From positions 1,376,001 to 1,440,000 of the forward strand of contig CBDBHB010000009.1 in assembly GCA_965205505.1 (NCBI GenBank): DNA of 64,000 nt, given 5' to 3'. The DNA comes from Acidobacteriota bacterium (lineage in GTDB: Bacteria; Acidobacteriota; UBA890; WLXD01). The translations under genes were made by a program, and so were the position numbers. The notes under the pieces were generated by a model, which made no database searches, was not told the DNA's origin, and saw nothing but the letters and a program-made list of their open reading frames with translations. Shown here in pieces: positions 11,525 to 21,390 of this stretch. Every line of letters begins with the position of its first letter. The first letter of the stretch is position 1.

Positions 11525-12952
11525 ATGACATGCACAGTGCCCGTGCGGGCAGCCGTGCTCTCGATTTCTGCGTTGCTCACCGTACCGCTCGCGTACGCGC
11601 AGTCGGACGTGATCACGGCGAAGGCGAGCGCGGAAATCCTCCATCTGATGCGCACGGAGAAGCTCGACCTGATCCTTCCCGGGGCCATGCGCGACAACAA
11701 CGTCGACATGTGGATCCATGTCACCCGCCTGGGTGATCCCGATCCGATGGTCCAGCAGTTCGGCAACGCGTGGGGCTACATCGTGTTCACCGACCGGGGA
11801 GGCGACCGGATCGAGCGAGCGCTGTTCGGCGGCGGAGGGAATCGGGATTTCTTCGATATCTTCGGTTCGCGGGAGATCCGCATGGCGATCGCCGGCTATG
11901 ACTACGGCGATCAAGATTTCTCGGTTTACGACGAGCTGCGTGATTTCGTTGCCGAGCGGGACCCGTCGACGATCGCGGTCAACACATCCGATTGGTTAGC
12001 GATCGCCGACGGCATATCTCACTCGCAATACGTCAAGCTCGAAAAAATCTTGGGGCCGGAGTACTCGGCGAGAATCATCTCTGCAGAAAACGTGATCACC
12101 GACTTCCGAGTGCGCCGGACGCAGCGGGAGATCGTTGCCTACGCCAACGCCCTGGAGATACACCGGCAAATCCTCGAGCGGGCGCTGTCCAACGAGGTCA
12201 TAACGCCGGGTGAAACTACCCTGGGCGAGGTGGGTGCGTGGGTACGAGAGCAGTTTCACCAGCGGGGCCTGTTGCGAGGCCCCGATGGCGGCGCGGGTTC
12301 GCCCGGTGTTCTGTATTCGGCGACCGCGTCGACGCCCAGGCGGTCCGGTGGCCGCGACTATGTCATCCAGCGCGGTGATTTCCTGAGCTACGACACCGGC
12401 GTCAGGTATCTCGACTACTTCTCCACCGACTACAAGCGCAACGCCTACGTCCTTCGAGAAGGAGAGACGGCCGCGCCAGCGAGCATTCAGCACGCTTTCG
12501 ACCGAGCTGTCGGGGCCCGCGAGATCATCCGCGGTCAGATCAGGGTCGGTAGAACGGCCGGCGCGACGTTGGCCGCCATCGTCGAAGCCCTGGAGGCCGC
12601 CGACTACATCTACACACCCTTTATCGACATCGGCGAAGAGGACTACAAACTCGTGCAGGAGGCGCTGATCAACACCGACAGGTCCGGATTTTCCATCGAC
12701 CTCCACAGTCAGGGCAACAACAGTGGCAGCCTGGTGACGGTGGGGCCTTCGGTGGCGCCATTCCGATCAGACCGAGATCACTTGGTGATTCAGGAGAACC
12801 ACATGTTTTCTTTCGAGTACATGGTTCACACGAATCTTCCCGAGCGGCCCAGCTATCCCGTTTCGATCAACATCGAGGGCAATCACATCGTGACCAGCCG
12901 GGGGGTCGAGTATCTCTATCCCCCCAACGAACGAATCCTGCTAATTCACTGA
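11525..12952 (+). CDS. secreted M24 (Xaa-Pro aminopeptidase-like) protein
   Basis: ILPGAMRDNNVDMWI N-terminus; IQRGDFLSYDTGV...TDYKRNAYVLREGE pita-bread fold motifs. Confidence 0.75.
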   Translation: MTCTVPVRAAVLSISALLTVPLAYAQSDVITAKASAEILHLMRTEKLDLILPGAMRDNNVDMWIHVTRLGDPDPMVQQFGNAWGYIVFTDRGGDRIERALFGGGGNRDFFDIFGSREIRMAIAGYDYGDQDFSVYDELRDFVAERDPSTIAVNTSDWLAIADGISHSQYVKLEKILGPEYSARIISAENVITDFRVRRTQREIVAYANALEIHRQILERALSNEVITPGETTLGEVGAWVREQFHQRGLLRGPDGGAGSPGVLYSATASTPRRSGGRDYVIQRGDFLSYDTGVRYLDYFSTDYKRNAYVLREGETAAPASIQHAFDRAVGAREIIRGQIRVGRTAGATLAAIVEALEAADYIYTPFIDIGEEDYKLVQEALINTDRSGFSIDLHSQGNNSGSLVTVGPSVAPFRSDRDHLVIQENHMFSFEYMVHTNLPERPSYPVSINIEGNHIVTSRGVEYLYPPNERILLIH

Positions 12953-12956
12953 GACC

Positions 12957-14606
12957 ATGTCGGGCGCCGGTTCCGGAATCGCGGTTTCGCCGAGCCTCGA
13001 GCCATCCGTCGCGCAGGATAGCCTTGGTGCCATGCACGGTCGCGCGCGAGCCAACTCCAGTTCCGCCCTGGCGATCTTTCTGCTCGTCGCATCGCTGGGG
13101 TGCGTCGCCGAGCGGGGCCCGTCCCGCTCCCGCTTCGTGGCCCTGATCGAGGGGGTTCCCCCGGGTCTCGATCCGATCGGGGCTGAGGATAGCCGCATCA
13201 ACAACCCGGCGCTCAACCTCTATAACTCGCTCATTCAGTATCGGCCGGGCACCATGGAGCTGGAAATGGAGCTGGCCGAGAGCGCGGTGCTGTCGCCCGA
13301 CGGGCTTCGCCACACGTTCCGTCTTCGCGAGGGGGTGCGCTTCCACGACGGTTCCACGGTCGGCGCCGCCGACGTTGCCTACACGATCGAGCGGACGGTG
13401 GCTCTGGGGATCGGTGTGTACGCGTACATGTCGCTGATAGCCGGCGCGGAGATCATCGACGAGCGCACCGTTGCGATCCTGCTGTCGGCTCCGTACCCGG
13501 GTCTCCTGCCGGCGCTCAGCCACCTCTACATTCTCAACGCGAAGCTCGTGCGTGCTCACGAGCAGGACGGCGACTGGGGACAGAGGTGGCTTCAGAACCA
13601 CGAGGCCGGCAGCGGACCGTACCGATTGGCGTCGTTCGAGGCGCAGCAGAGCTACACGATCGAGCGCTTTTCCGACTATTTCAAGGGCTGGGCAGGCAAG
13701 CACATCGACAGCGCCGTGTTCCGCATGATCCAGGCGGAGGGGACACGACGCATGGCACTCGAGAACGGTGATGCCGATTGGATCTACCTTTCGAGCGCTG
13801 ACAGCTTCGAGGCTCTGCGGGGCGTCGACGGCCTCGTGCTGAATCGAGAGCCGACCCTCAACCAGCTCTATTTCGCCTTCAACACGCAGACCGAGCAGCT
13901 GCGCGACCCGCGGGTACGCCGGGCGTTGGCGCTCGCCTACGACTACAGCGGCCACGTTGCGCACCTCAGGCATGGCAACGCGGTGATCGCCCGGGGACCG
14001 CTTCCCGATGGCGCCGGTTGCTACGACCCCACCACGCCGCCGGCCCGAACTGACCTCGACGAGGCGCGAGAGCTGATGAGCGCGGCGGGTTATCCCGAGG
14101 GCGGCTTCGAGCTCAGCATGGCGTTCGAGGGTACCACCGGAGAGACTGACTTCTTCTTGCTGCTGCAGGCGGGTGCGGCCGATCTCGGCATCACGCTGAC
14201 GGCGCTCGACATCGAGTTCGATGCCAAGGTTGCCAACTACGCGTCGCTCGAGACCGCCACCGATGTGGGCACGATTTGGATCTACGTGTCTTCACCCGAT
14301 CCACATCAGTACCTGTTTCGGTTGGCGCACTCGAGCCAGGCCGGCAACGGCGGGCGAAACTTCGCCTTCTACTCCAGCGCGCGGGTGGACCGGCTGCTTG
14401 ACGACGCGGTCAGCGAGATGGACTCCGCGCTGCGGTGCGACATGTATCGGGAGGCGATGGAGATCCTACGCAACGACATGCCGTTCACCCCGGTGGTGAC
14501 GATGGTGGCCCTGTCAGCCCAGCGCGACTACGTGCGAGGCTACAACCCGACGAAGGGACACCCGCTGACGCAGAACGTCTATCCGATGTGGCTGGAGGGA
14601 GGCTGA
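12957..14606 (+). CDS. ABC transporter substrate-binding lipoprotein, family 5 (OppA/DppA-like); start may be 13032
   Basis: LVASLGC lipobox; LAES...TFRLREGVRFHDGS; GSGPY; DPRVRRALALA. Confidence 0.88.
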   Translation: MSGAGSGIAVSPSLEPSVAQDSLGAMHGRARANSSSALAIFLLVASLGCVAERGPSRSRFVALIEGVPPGLDPIGAEDSRINNPALNLYNSLIQYRPGTMELEMELAESAVLSPDGLRHTFRLREGVRFHDGSTVGAADVAYTIERTVALGIGVYAYMSLIAGAEIIDERTVAILLSAPYPGLLPALSHLYILNAKLVRAHEQDGDWGQRWLQNHEAGSGPYRLASFEAQQSYTIERFSDYFKGWAGKHIDSAVFRMIQAEGTRRMALENGDADWIYLSSADSFEALRGVDGLVLNREPTLNQLYFAFNTQTEQLRDPRVRRALALAYDYSGHVAHLRHGNAVIARGPLPDGAGCYDPTTPPARTDLDEARELMSAAGYPEGGFELSMAFEGTTGETDFFLLLQAGAADLGITLTALDIEFDAKVANYASLETATDVGTIWIYVSSPDPHQYLFRLAHSSQAGNGGRNFAFYSSARVDRLLDDAVSEMDSALRCDMYREAMEILRNDMPFTPVVTMVALSAQRDYVRGYNPTKGHPLTQNVYPMWLEGG

Positions 14607-15352
14607 TGAATCGTCAGATCCGTATTTGCGCCATCATTCCGGTGCGCGACGGGCTGCAATCGTGGGGCGACATCCATCGCGAGCTGCTGGAGCCGCTGGC
14701 CAGTCCCGACGTCAAGATCACGCTGGTCGATCTGCCCGAGGCACCAGTCGACGCGATCAGCGACTCCTACACCTCGGAGCTGGTCGCTCTGCAGCACGTT
14801 CAAGCGGCGATCGACGCCGAGCGGGCGGGCTACGACGCCGTCGCCATGGGCTGTCTCGGGGAGCCTGGTGTAGTTGCTGCCAAGGAGGCGCTCGATATTC
14901 CGGTGATTGGCGAGGCGCAGGCGGCGATGCATTACGCTTCGATGGTGGGGCGCCGATTCTCGTTCTTGATGCCGGGATCGAGCAGCGGCCGCCAGACTGG
15001 CAGTCGGGCGCGCCGCTACGAGGAGGTTGCCGCCCGCTATGGATTACAGCGCAAGTTGGCGTCGGTCCGCAGTGTGCTCGCCGGATCATTGGACTTCGCA
15101 GCAGGGGGGGCGACCCTCGCCGCCGAGATGCTCGAGCAAGGCCGCCTTGCGGTGACGGAGGACGGCGCCGATTCGGTAATCGGCTATGGTGGGCTGGAGG
15201 TCATCGAGCGGCTGCGCGAAGGGCTCGACGTGCCGGTAATCGAGCCGATCCAGGCTTCCGCCATGATGGCCGAAAGCCTCGCACGCCTGCGCCTGTCGCA
15301 GAGCAAGCATGCGTTCAGCAAGCCCAAGTTCTTGCAAGCCGAGCCAATCTGA
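14606..15352 (+). CDS. Asp/Glu/hydantoin racemase family (allantoin/hydantoin racemase-like)
   Basis: GYDAVAMGCLGEPGVVAAKEALDIPVIG; VPVIEP; TGATG coupling with the SBP gene. Confidence 0.8.
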   Translation: MNRQIRICAIIPVRDGLQSWGDIHRELLEPLASPDVKITLVDLPEAPVDAISDSYTSELVALQHVQAAIDAERAGYDAVAMGCLGEPGVVAAKEALDIPVIGEAQAAMHYASMVGRRFSFLMPGSSSGRQTGSRARRYEEVAARYGLQRKLASVRSVLAGSLDFAAGGATLAAEMLEQGRLAVTEDGADSVIGYGGLEVIERLREGLDVPVIEPIQASAMMAESLARLRLSQSKHAFSKPKFLQAEPI

Positions 15353-15394
15353 TCGATCCGTCCGGTTCACCTGCTACTGACACGAGGGAGCGAG

Positions 15395-16405
15395 ATGGTC
15401 CCCACCCTGCATTCGGAAGAATTCGGCGACATCGTTATCAAGAGCCTCGTCCGGCCGGAGCCCGGCGATGCGCTGCTCGTTCTGGCCGACGCCAGCGCCG
15501 ATCAGGTGCTGGCGAAAGTGCTGCTCGACGCCGGCATCCGCGCCGGCGCTGATGCCCAGCTCATCGTCAAGCCGGTGTCGGCAACGCAGGACGTTGCCAC
15601 CAAGCCGGGACCGATCCTCTCGGACGCGATTCGCGCCAGCCGGCTCATCCTGTCGATCTGCGACGATGGCATCGACGCTTCCAAGCCGATGCTGGAGGCG
15701 CGGGCGAACGGCACGCGGGCGCTGTTCTGTGCCATCGCCGGCGTCGAGGACTATGTCATGCGAGGGCTCCTGAACGTCGACGTCGACGCCATGTTGCGCA
15801 ACGTCGATCGCGTCGTCGATCTCTGGCATGCTGCCGACCACTGCCGCGTTACCTCACCCGAGGGAACCGATGTGGAGTTCCGTCTCGGCGATCGCAAGTG
15901 CAAGGTTGGCGACGGCGCCCTGACCGAAGACGGCGAGATCGATTTCTTCCCCGGCGCCCAGGTCAGCATCGCGGCGCTCGAAGATACGATCAACGGCACT
16001 GTCGTCATCGATGCCAGCGACAGCGTCCAGGGCATCGTCCACGAGCCTTACAGCTTCACGCTCGAGAGCGGTGTCGTGACCTCGGTGGACGGTGGCAAGG
16101 AGGCCAACACGATGCGCCAGTGGTTGGAGAGCTGCGGCCAGCCGGCGATCTACGAGCTCTGCCACTTCAGCATCGGCCTCAACCCCGAGGCGGGCATCTC
16201 CGGCCACATGATCGAGGACGAGCGCAAGCTGGCGGCCGTCGACTTCGGCTTCGGCTACCAGAACCCGACCTTCGGCGGCACCGTCGGGCCCTGCGACTTC
16301 CACATGGACATCATGCTCTCGACGCCCACCGTCTACCTCGACGGCAAGGAGATGAGCGGCGGTGGACGCCTCAACCCGGAGCTCAGCTTCGAACAGAAAC
16401 CCTAG
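15395..16405 (+). CDS. M29/aminopeptidase T-like metalloprotein (NicX-like fold)
   Basis: VTSPEGTDVEF, INGTVVID, HFSIGLNP, HMDI motifs. Confidence 0.7.
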   Translation: MVPTLHSEEFGDIVIKSLVRPEPGDALLVLADASADQVLAKVLLDAGIRAGADAQLIVKPVSATQDVATKPGPILSDAIRASRLILSICDDGIDASKPMLEARANGTRALFCAIAGVEDYVMRGLLNVDVDAMLRNVDRVVDLWHAADHCRVTSPEGTDVEFRLGDRKCKVGDGALTEDGEIDFFPGAQVSIAALEDTINGTVVIDASDSVQGIVHEPYSFTLESGVVTSVDGGKEANTMRQWLESCGQPAIYELCHFSIGLNPEAGISGHMIEDERKLAAVDFGFGYQNPTFGGTVGPCDFHMDIMLSTPTVYLDGKEMSGGGRLNPELSFEQKP

Positions 16406-16444
16406 CAGGCCAGGCCCGCCACACTTCCACCACGGCCTGCTAAG
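16402..16444. repeat. internally deleted copy of the CTAG-MITE (both ends fused)
   Basis: CTAGCAGGCC...CCGCCACACTTCCACCACGGCCTGCTAAG; begins at the TAG stop of the upstream gene. Confidence 0.65.
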
Positions 16445-16447
16445 GAA

Positions 16448-18070
16448 TTACCGCGCGTCGCCGATGCCGGCGTAGCGAACTCCGGCGAGGGAGGCCATAT
16501 CGCGGCTCCACGTCGTGAGGTCGTCGGCATCGAGCTGGTTCAGATGCGCGTGGCCGCAGGCGCGGGCCATGACTCCCATCAGCTCCACCGTGGCGGTGAA
16601 GTAGGTGCTCAACCGGCGCGCCGACTCGTCGATCACGAGGCGGGCACGGAGATGGTCCTGCTGCGTCGCGATTCCCACCGGGCAGTTGTTGGTGTGGCAA
16701 GCGCGCATGCCGAGACAGCCGATCGCCTGAATCGCCGAGTTGGCGAGCGCGATGCCGTCGGCCCCGAGGGCGAGGGCCTTCACGAAGTCGGCCTCGGTGC
16801 GGAGCCTCCCGGTGATGATCAGCGTCACGTCGCGCGACTTCCCGAGGTGGCGGCGCGCCCGCGCCAGCGCCGGAATCGTCGGCACCGAGATGTTCTTTTT
16901 GAATAGCTCCGGAGCCGCGCCCGTGCCGCCGCCGCGGATGATGTAGTCGGCGCCGGCCTCGAGGGCGAAGTCGATATCGGCCTCGATGTGCTGCGCCGAG
17001 ATCTTGAAGCCGATGGGGATGCCGCCGCTCGCCTCGCGAACCTGGTCGGAGACCTCGCGGAAATCCTCTGAGGTGGTCAGGTCGGGGAACGTTGCCGGGC
17101 TTATCGCCGCCTGCCCCGGCTTGAGGCCGCGCACCTCGGCAATCTGCCCCGACACCTTGTGTCCGGGCAAATGGCCGCCGGTCCCTGTCTTGGCGCCCTG
17201 CCCGCCCTTGAAGTGAAATGCCTGGCACCGGGCGGCCTTGTCGAGATCCCAGCCGAAGCGGGCCGAGGCGAGCTCGTAGAAGTACCGCGAGTTGGCCTCC
17301 TGCTCCTCGGGTAACATGCCACCCTCACCGGAGCAGATCCCGGTGCCGGCCAGCTCCGCACCGGTCGCCAGGGCAACCTTGGCCTCGGCGCTGATGGCGC
17401 CGAAGCTCATGTCGCTCACGAACAGCGGGATGTCGAGCCGCAGGGGCTTGGCCGCGTTCGGCCCGACGACCAGCTCGGTGCCGACCTCGGCTTCGTCGAG
17501 CAGCGGCTTGCGGGCGAGCTGCGCGGTGACGATCTGCAGGTCGTCCCACCGCGGCAGCTCGGTGAGCGCCACGCCCATCGCCGAGACCGGACCGTGGTGG
17601 CCGACCTTCTCGAGACCGTGCTCGGCGAGGTTCTGAATGTGCCGGTTGTAGGGCTCGAGCGAGGTCCCCGTCGGATCGGCGTAGAGGCCCAGATACGCGT
17701 CGCGATTGTACGGTTGCGGGTGCTCTTTCTGCCATGCCTCGACCTCGGCCGCGTCGACCATTACCGCGTCCGCTTCCTCGTCTACCCATGCTGCAAAACG
17801 CGGCAGCACCTTGCCGCGCGGCGTCACGCCGGTCTGGCGGTCGTAGCTCCAGCCGTGCACGCCGCACACCAGCCGATCGCCATCGACACGGCCATCGGCA
17901 AGCAGCACGCCCCGATGCAGGCAGCGGCCGTAGAAGACCGATACGTCGGTGCCGGCTCGCAAGACGACGAGATCGACGCCCGCCACCAGCGCGTAGGCGG
18001 GCTTGCCGTCGTCGAGCTCGGTCCACGCCGCGACGCGGGCTTTTCTCTGCACCGTTGCGCTCAACTGCAC
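16448..18070 (-). CDS. Rieske (2Fe-2S) domain fused to an FMN-binding glutamate synthase domain
   Basis: CLHRG...CGVHGW Rieske motif; VSDMSFGA, GEGGML, GQGAKTGTGGHLPG, and the CLGMRACHTNNCPVG 3Fe-4S motif. Confidence 0.88.
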   Translation of the reverse strand: MQLSATVQRKARVAAWTELDDGKPAYALVAGVDLVVLRAGTDVSVFYGRCLHRGVLLADGRVDGDRLVCGVHGWSYDRQTGVTPRGKVLPRFAAWVDEEADAVMVDAAEVEAWQKEHPQPYNRDAYLGLYADPTGTSLEPYNRHIQNLAEHGLEKVGHHGPVSAMGVALTELPRWDDLQIVTAQLARKPLLDEAEVGTELVVGPNAAKPLRLDIPLFVSDMSFGAISAEAKVALATGAELAGTGICSGEGGMLPEEQEANSRYFYELASARFGWDLDKAARCQAFHFKGGQGAKTGTGGHLPGHKVSGQIAEVRGLKPGQAAISPATFPDLTTSEDFREVSDQVREASGGIPIGFKISAQHIEADIDFALEAGADYIIRGGGTGAAPELFKKNISVPTIPALARARRHLGKSRDVTLIITGRLRTEADFVKALALGADGIALANSAIQAIGCLGMRACHTNNCPVGIATQQDHLRARLVIDESARRLSTYFTATVELMGVMARACGHAHLNQLDADDLTTWSRDMASLAGVRYAGIGDAR

Positions 18071-18146
18071 CTCAGCGGGCGAAGGTTTACAAAACTTTAC
18101 GGGCGTGGACTATACCTCGCTGGCTCGACTGCGTTATGAGTGAGAC

Positions 18147-19610
18147 ATGGAGATCCGACTGACAAGGCAAGCTCTCTCGAGCCTGCTCGTTGCGGTGATC
18201 GTTTTGAGCATTGGCCCGCCGGCGATCGCACAGGGCGGCGTCCGCGAGCGGCTCCAGGGAGTCGAACGTGGCCAGGGCTTTTCCGGCCGCGACATGATGA
18301 ACCGGAAGTTCGACGCGGTGGTGCCAGGCATCGGCGAGTCGATGCCCGACATCACCGTCTACGACGATGCCGGCACACCGGTCTCCTTGGAGCAGCTGCT
18401 GCAGGGTCACTACTCGGTGGTGATTCTCGGCTGCCTCACGTGACCGCCCTTCCTGAGCAAGGTCTCCCGGGTGGAGACCCTACTGCGGGACTACGGTCCT
18501 GAAGGCGTCGAGTTCTTCTACGTCTACAAGTCGCTCGCCCACCCCGGGCTCAACGGCTACGTGCAGCCGATAACGCTGGCGGAGCGTCTGATGCACATCG
18601 CCGAGGCCAAGCGAGCCCTCGGCACCGAGGTCACTTGGATTGCCGACAACATGGACAACGAGCTCAAGCGAGCCCTGGGGGACGTGCCCAACGCCGAACT
18701 GGTGATCGATCCTGAGGGCAAGGTCGTGGCGCGCCGGGCGTGGAGCGATCCCTCGGCGCTGAGTGTTGACCTCGAAAATCTCATCGGACCCGTAGACGAT
18801 CCGACCTCTGTGGCCGACCTCGACATGCCCGCCCCCGACTACTACGAGCCCACGGTGGCGACCGGTGTCGTGCCGCGGCTCCAGCTCCCGGGGCGCATGC
18901 AGCCGCTGGAGATCGAACTGACCGATTCGGTGAACGATCTTCCGGCCTACGCCAAGCTCCGCGTCGAGGCCGGTCCGGGCGTTCTGGAGGAGGGCAGGGG
19001 ACAGCTCTACCTCGGCTTTGTTCTCGATCCGATCTACCGGGTGCACTGGAACAACCTGGCGCCGCAGCCGGAGTACTCGATCGCGTCGCCCGAGGGCGTG
19101 GAGCTCAATCCGGCGGCGGCGACCTTCCCCGAGGTCGAGCAAGAGGCCGATGCCGACCCGCGCGAGTTTCTCGTCGAGATCAATGCCGATCGCCCACCGG
19201 GTGAGGGCGAAGAGCCTCTCGAGCTCACCGTTACCTACTATGCCTGCGACAACGACAACACTTGGTGCATCCCGGTAACGCAGAGCTACGAGATCTCGCT
19301 GGTGGCCGATCCCGACGGCGGCCGTGCCTTCGGCCGCGGCGCTGGAGGCCGGTTCGGCGGGGGCCGCGGAATGCCGGGCGGACCTGGTGGAATGCCGGGC
19401 GGCGGGCAGGGCAGACCTGACCGCAACATGATGCGCGAGCGGATTCGGAGCTGGGATACCAACGCCGATGGCCTGATTGTCCGCGACGAGGTGCCTGAGC
19501 CGATGCGCGAGCGCTTCTTCGACCGCGCCGACACGAACGGCGACGGTGTGATCGACGCCGAGGAGCTCGATTCGATGCTCGAGCGCATGCCGCGCGGGCG
19601 GCAGCGCTAG
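18147..19610 (+). CDS. secreted deiodinase-like selenoprotein (C-L-T-U-P-P-F) with DsbD-N-like domain, Gly-rich linker and EF-hands; Sec at TGA 18441-18443
   Basis: ORFs 18147..18443 and 18471..19610 are in frame across ILGCLT-(TGA)-PPFLSKV...FFYVYKSLAHP, comparable to deiodinase FGSCTUPPF and YIxEAHP. SECIS-like hairpin at 18461-18479. Confidence 0.85.
18461..18479 (+). promoter_or_regulatory. bacterial SECIS-like hairpin
   Basis: GGTCTCC-CGGGT-GGAGACC: perfect 7-bp stem with a G-rich loop 24 nt after the TGA. Confidence 0.7.
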
Positions 19611-19638
19611 CAGGCCGCCACACTTCGACCACGGCTGC
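19607..19638. repeat. degenerate fused ends of the CTAG-MITE
   Basis: CTAGCAGGCCGCCACACTTCGACCACGGCTGC at the stop codon of the selenoprotein gene. Confidence 0.55.
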
Positions 19639-19711
19639 GCTTTCGTTCTCACCACCGCCTTGGGATATGGTGCGCCTACCGCTTCGGCAACTTGGAGTCG
19701 TGAAAGGCGTC

Positions 19712-21280
19712 ATGCACCGTCGAGTAGCAGTACTGGCCATCGCGGCAGTGCTTTGCGGGGTCGCACCCAACGCTGCCCGGGTGCAAGACGGCGGGGACGG
19801 TGCAACCGGAGTCCCGTCGCAGCAGCGGCTGCGCTACGTCAACCCGCTCGTCATGGAGAACGCCGGACGGTTGGCCGATCCCACAGTCATCAGGTTTCGA
19901 GCGAAGTACTACTTGTATCTGACCGGCGGAGTCTCGCCCGGCGGAAGCCTCGGGGCGGCCGTTTGGTCGTCCGAAGACCTGGTGAGCTGGAAGCACCACC
20001 TGGTATCCATTCCGGAAGGCCGCGGTATCTCGGCGCCCACGGCCTTCGCCTACGAGGGCTACGTATACCTGACCGGCAACGACTCCGGGCTGTTTCGCAG
20101 CCGTGATCCGTTGGGCCCCTTCGAGTTCTTCGGCGACTTCGTCGACGAGCACGGCCATCGGCTCGAGGGCGACCTGCACGCCGCTTGCGGCGGCTGCGAG
20201 GACGGGGGCGTATTCGACCCGGCGGTCTTTGTCGACGACGACGACCGCGTCTACCTCTACTACGCCGGCGGTGGCACCGACGGCGTGTACGGCGTCGAGC
20301 TCGACCGCACCGACCTGCGCAGGTTCGCGGGTCCCTACGAGCACTTCTTCCGCTTCGAGCCCGCGCATGTGTGGGAGCGTTACGGCAGCCGCAACGAGAT
20401 GAGCGCCGAGAGCTGGATCGAAGGGCCGTGGATGACCAAGCACAACGGAACCTACTACCTGCAGTACGCCGCCCCGGGAACCGACTGGATTACCTACGGC
20501 GTGGGCGTATACACGAGCGACAAGCCGCTGGGTCCGTACAGCTACTACGAGGGCAGCCCGATCCTCGTTCATCACGGCGGACTGATCAACGGCTCCGGTC
20601 ACCACAGCGTCGTCGAGGGCCCCGACGGAAGCCTGTGGGCGATCTATACGCTGCTGTACCGAAACTGGAACCGTATGTTCGAGCGCCGTATCGGCATGGA
20701 TCCCGTCGGCTTCGACGAGCAGGGCAACATGTTCATCAACGGCCCATCCGAGGTCCCACAGTGGGCGCCGGGAGTCAGGGACAAGCCCTGGGAGGGCAAC
20801 GATAGCGGCGCGCTGCCCTTGTCGCAGGACAAGAACTACGTTGTCAGCAGCGAGGCCCCGGGCCGCAACGCCCCCTACGCTTTCGACAACAACGCCAGAA
20901 CCTGGTGGGCGCCTGCCAAAGACGACACCGAACCCTGGATGGAGCTCGACCTGGCGGCAGGCTGGTCACAGGACTACGTCGTCGACTCCGCGCGGATCCT
21001 GTTCGCGCTGCCCGAAGGCGATGTGGAGGATGAGTCCAGCCCCAACAACCGCGGCGACGGCTCCAGGATCCGCCACTACAAGATCGAGGTGTCGCTGGAC
21101 GGCGACACGTACACCATCGTTGTTGACAAGACCGTCAACGACCGCGACAACGCCGTCGAGTTCGACGAGATCACCCCGGTGGAGTGCCGCTACGTCAGGC
21201 TGACGATCACCGGCTGGCCAGCAGATCTTCGACCTGGGGTGCTCGAATTCACCGTGTTCGGCAGGTCGTTGCCGCACTAG
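19712..21280 (+). CDS. GH43-family glycoside hydrolase with a C-terminal F5/8 type C (discoidin) domain
   Basis: LADPTVI, FDPAVFVDDD, WIEGPWMTKHNGTYYLQY, GHHSVV; C-terminal CRYVRLTITG. Confidence 0.85.
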   Translation: MHRRVAVLAIAAVLCGVAPNAARVQDGGDGATGVPSQQRLRYVNPLVMENAGRLADPTVIRFRAKYYLYLTGGVSPGGSLGAAVWSSEDLVSWKHHLVSIPEGRGISAPTAFAYEGYVYLTGNDSGLFRSRDPLGPFEFFGDFVDEHGHRLEGDLHAACGGCEDGGVFDPAVFVDDDDRVYLYYAGGGTDGVYGVELDRTDLRRFAGPYEHFFRFEPAHVWERYGSRNEMSAESWIEGPWMTKHNGTYYLQYAAPGTDWITYGVGVYTSDKPLGPYSYYEGSPILVHHGGLINGSGHHSVVEGPDGSLWAIYTLLYRNWNRMFERRIGMDPVGFDEQGNMFINGPSEVPQWAPGVRDKPWEGNDSGALPLSQDKNYVVSSEAPGRNAPYAFDNNARTWWAPAKDDTEPWMELDLAAGWSQDYVVDSARILFALPEGDVEDESSPNNRGDGSRIRHYKIEVSLDGDTYTIVVDKTVNDRDNAVEFDEITPVECRYVRLTITGWPADLRPGVLEFTVFGRSLPH

Positions 21281-21294
21281 CAGGCCGTGGCTAG
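21277..21294. repeat. short CTAG-MITE end
   Basis: CTAGCAGGCCGTGG-CTAG at the GH43 stop codon. Confidence 0.5.
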
Positions 21295-21390
21295 CGACAA
21301 GTCCAGATCCCTATATCCCCGCCAATGAAAACGACGGCCCCATCCCGAAGGGTGAGGCCGTCGAGCCCTACAGCCGCTGTGGCTGGGCGA

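Noticed and set aside
19320-19410. Gly-rich GGC repeats as a separate repeat element
   Set aside because: Low-complexity coding linker (GGRFGGGRGMPGGPGG) within the selenoprotein.
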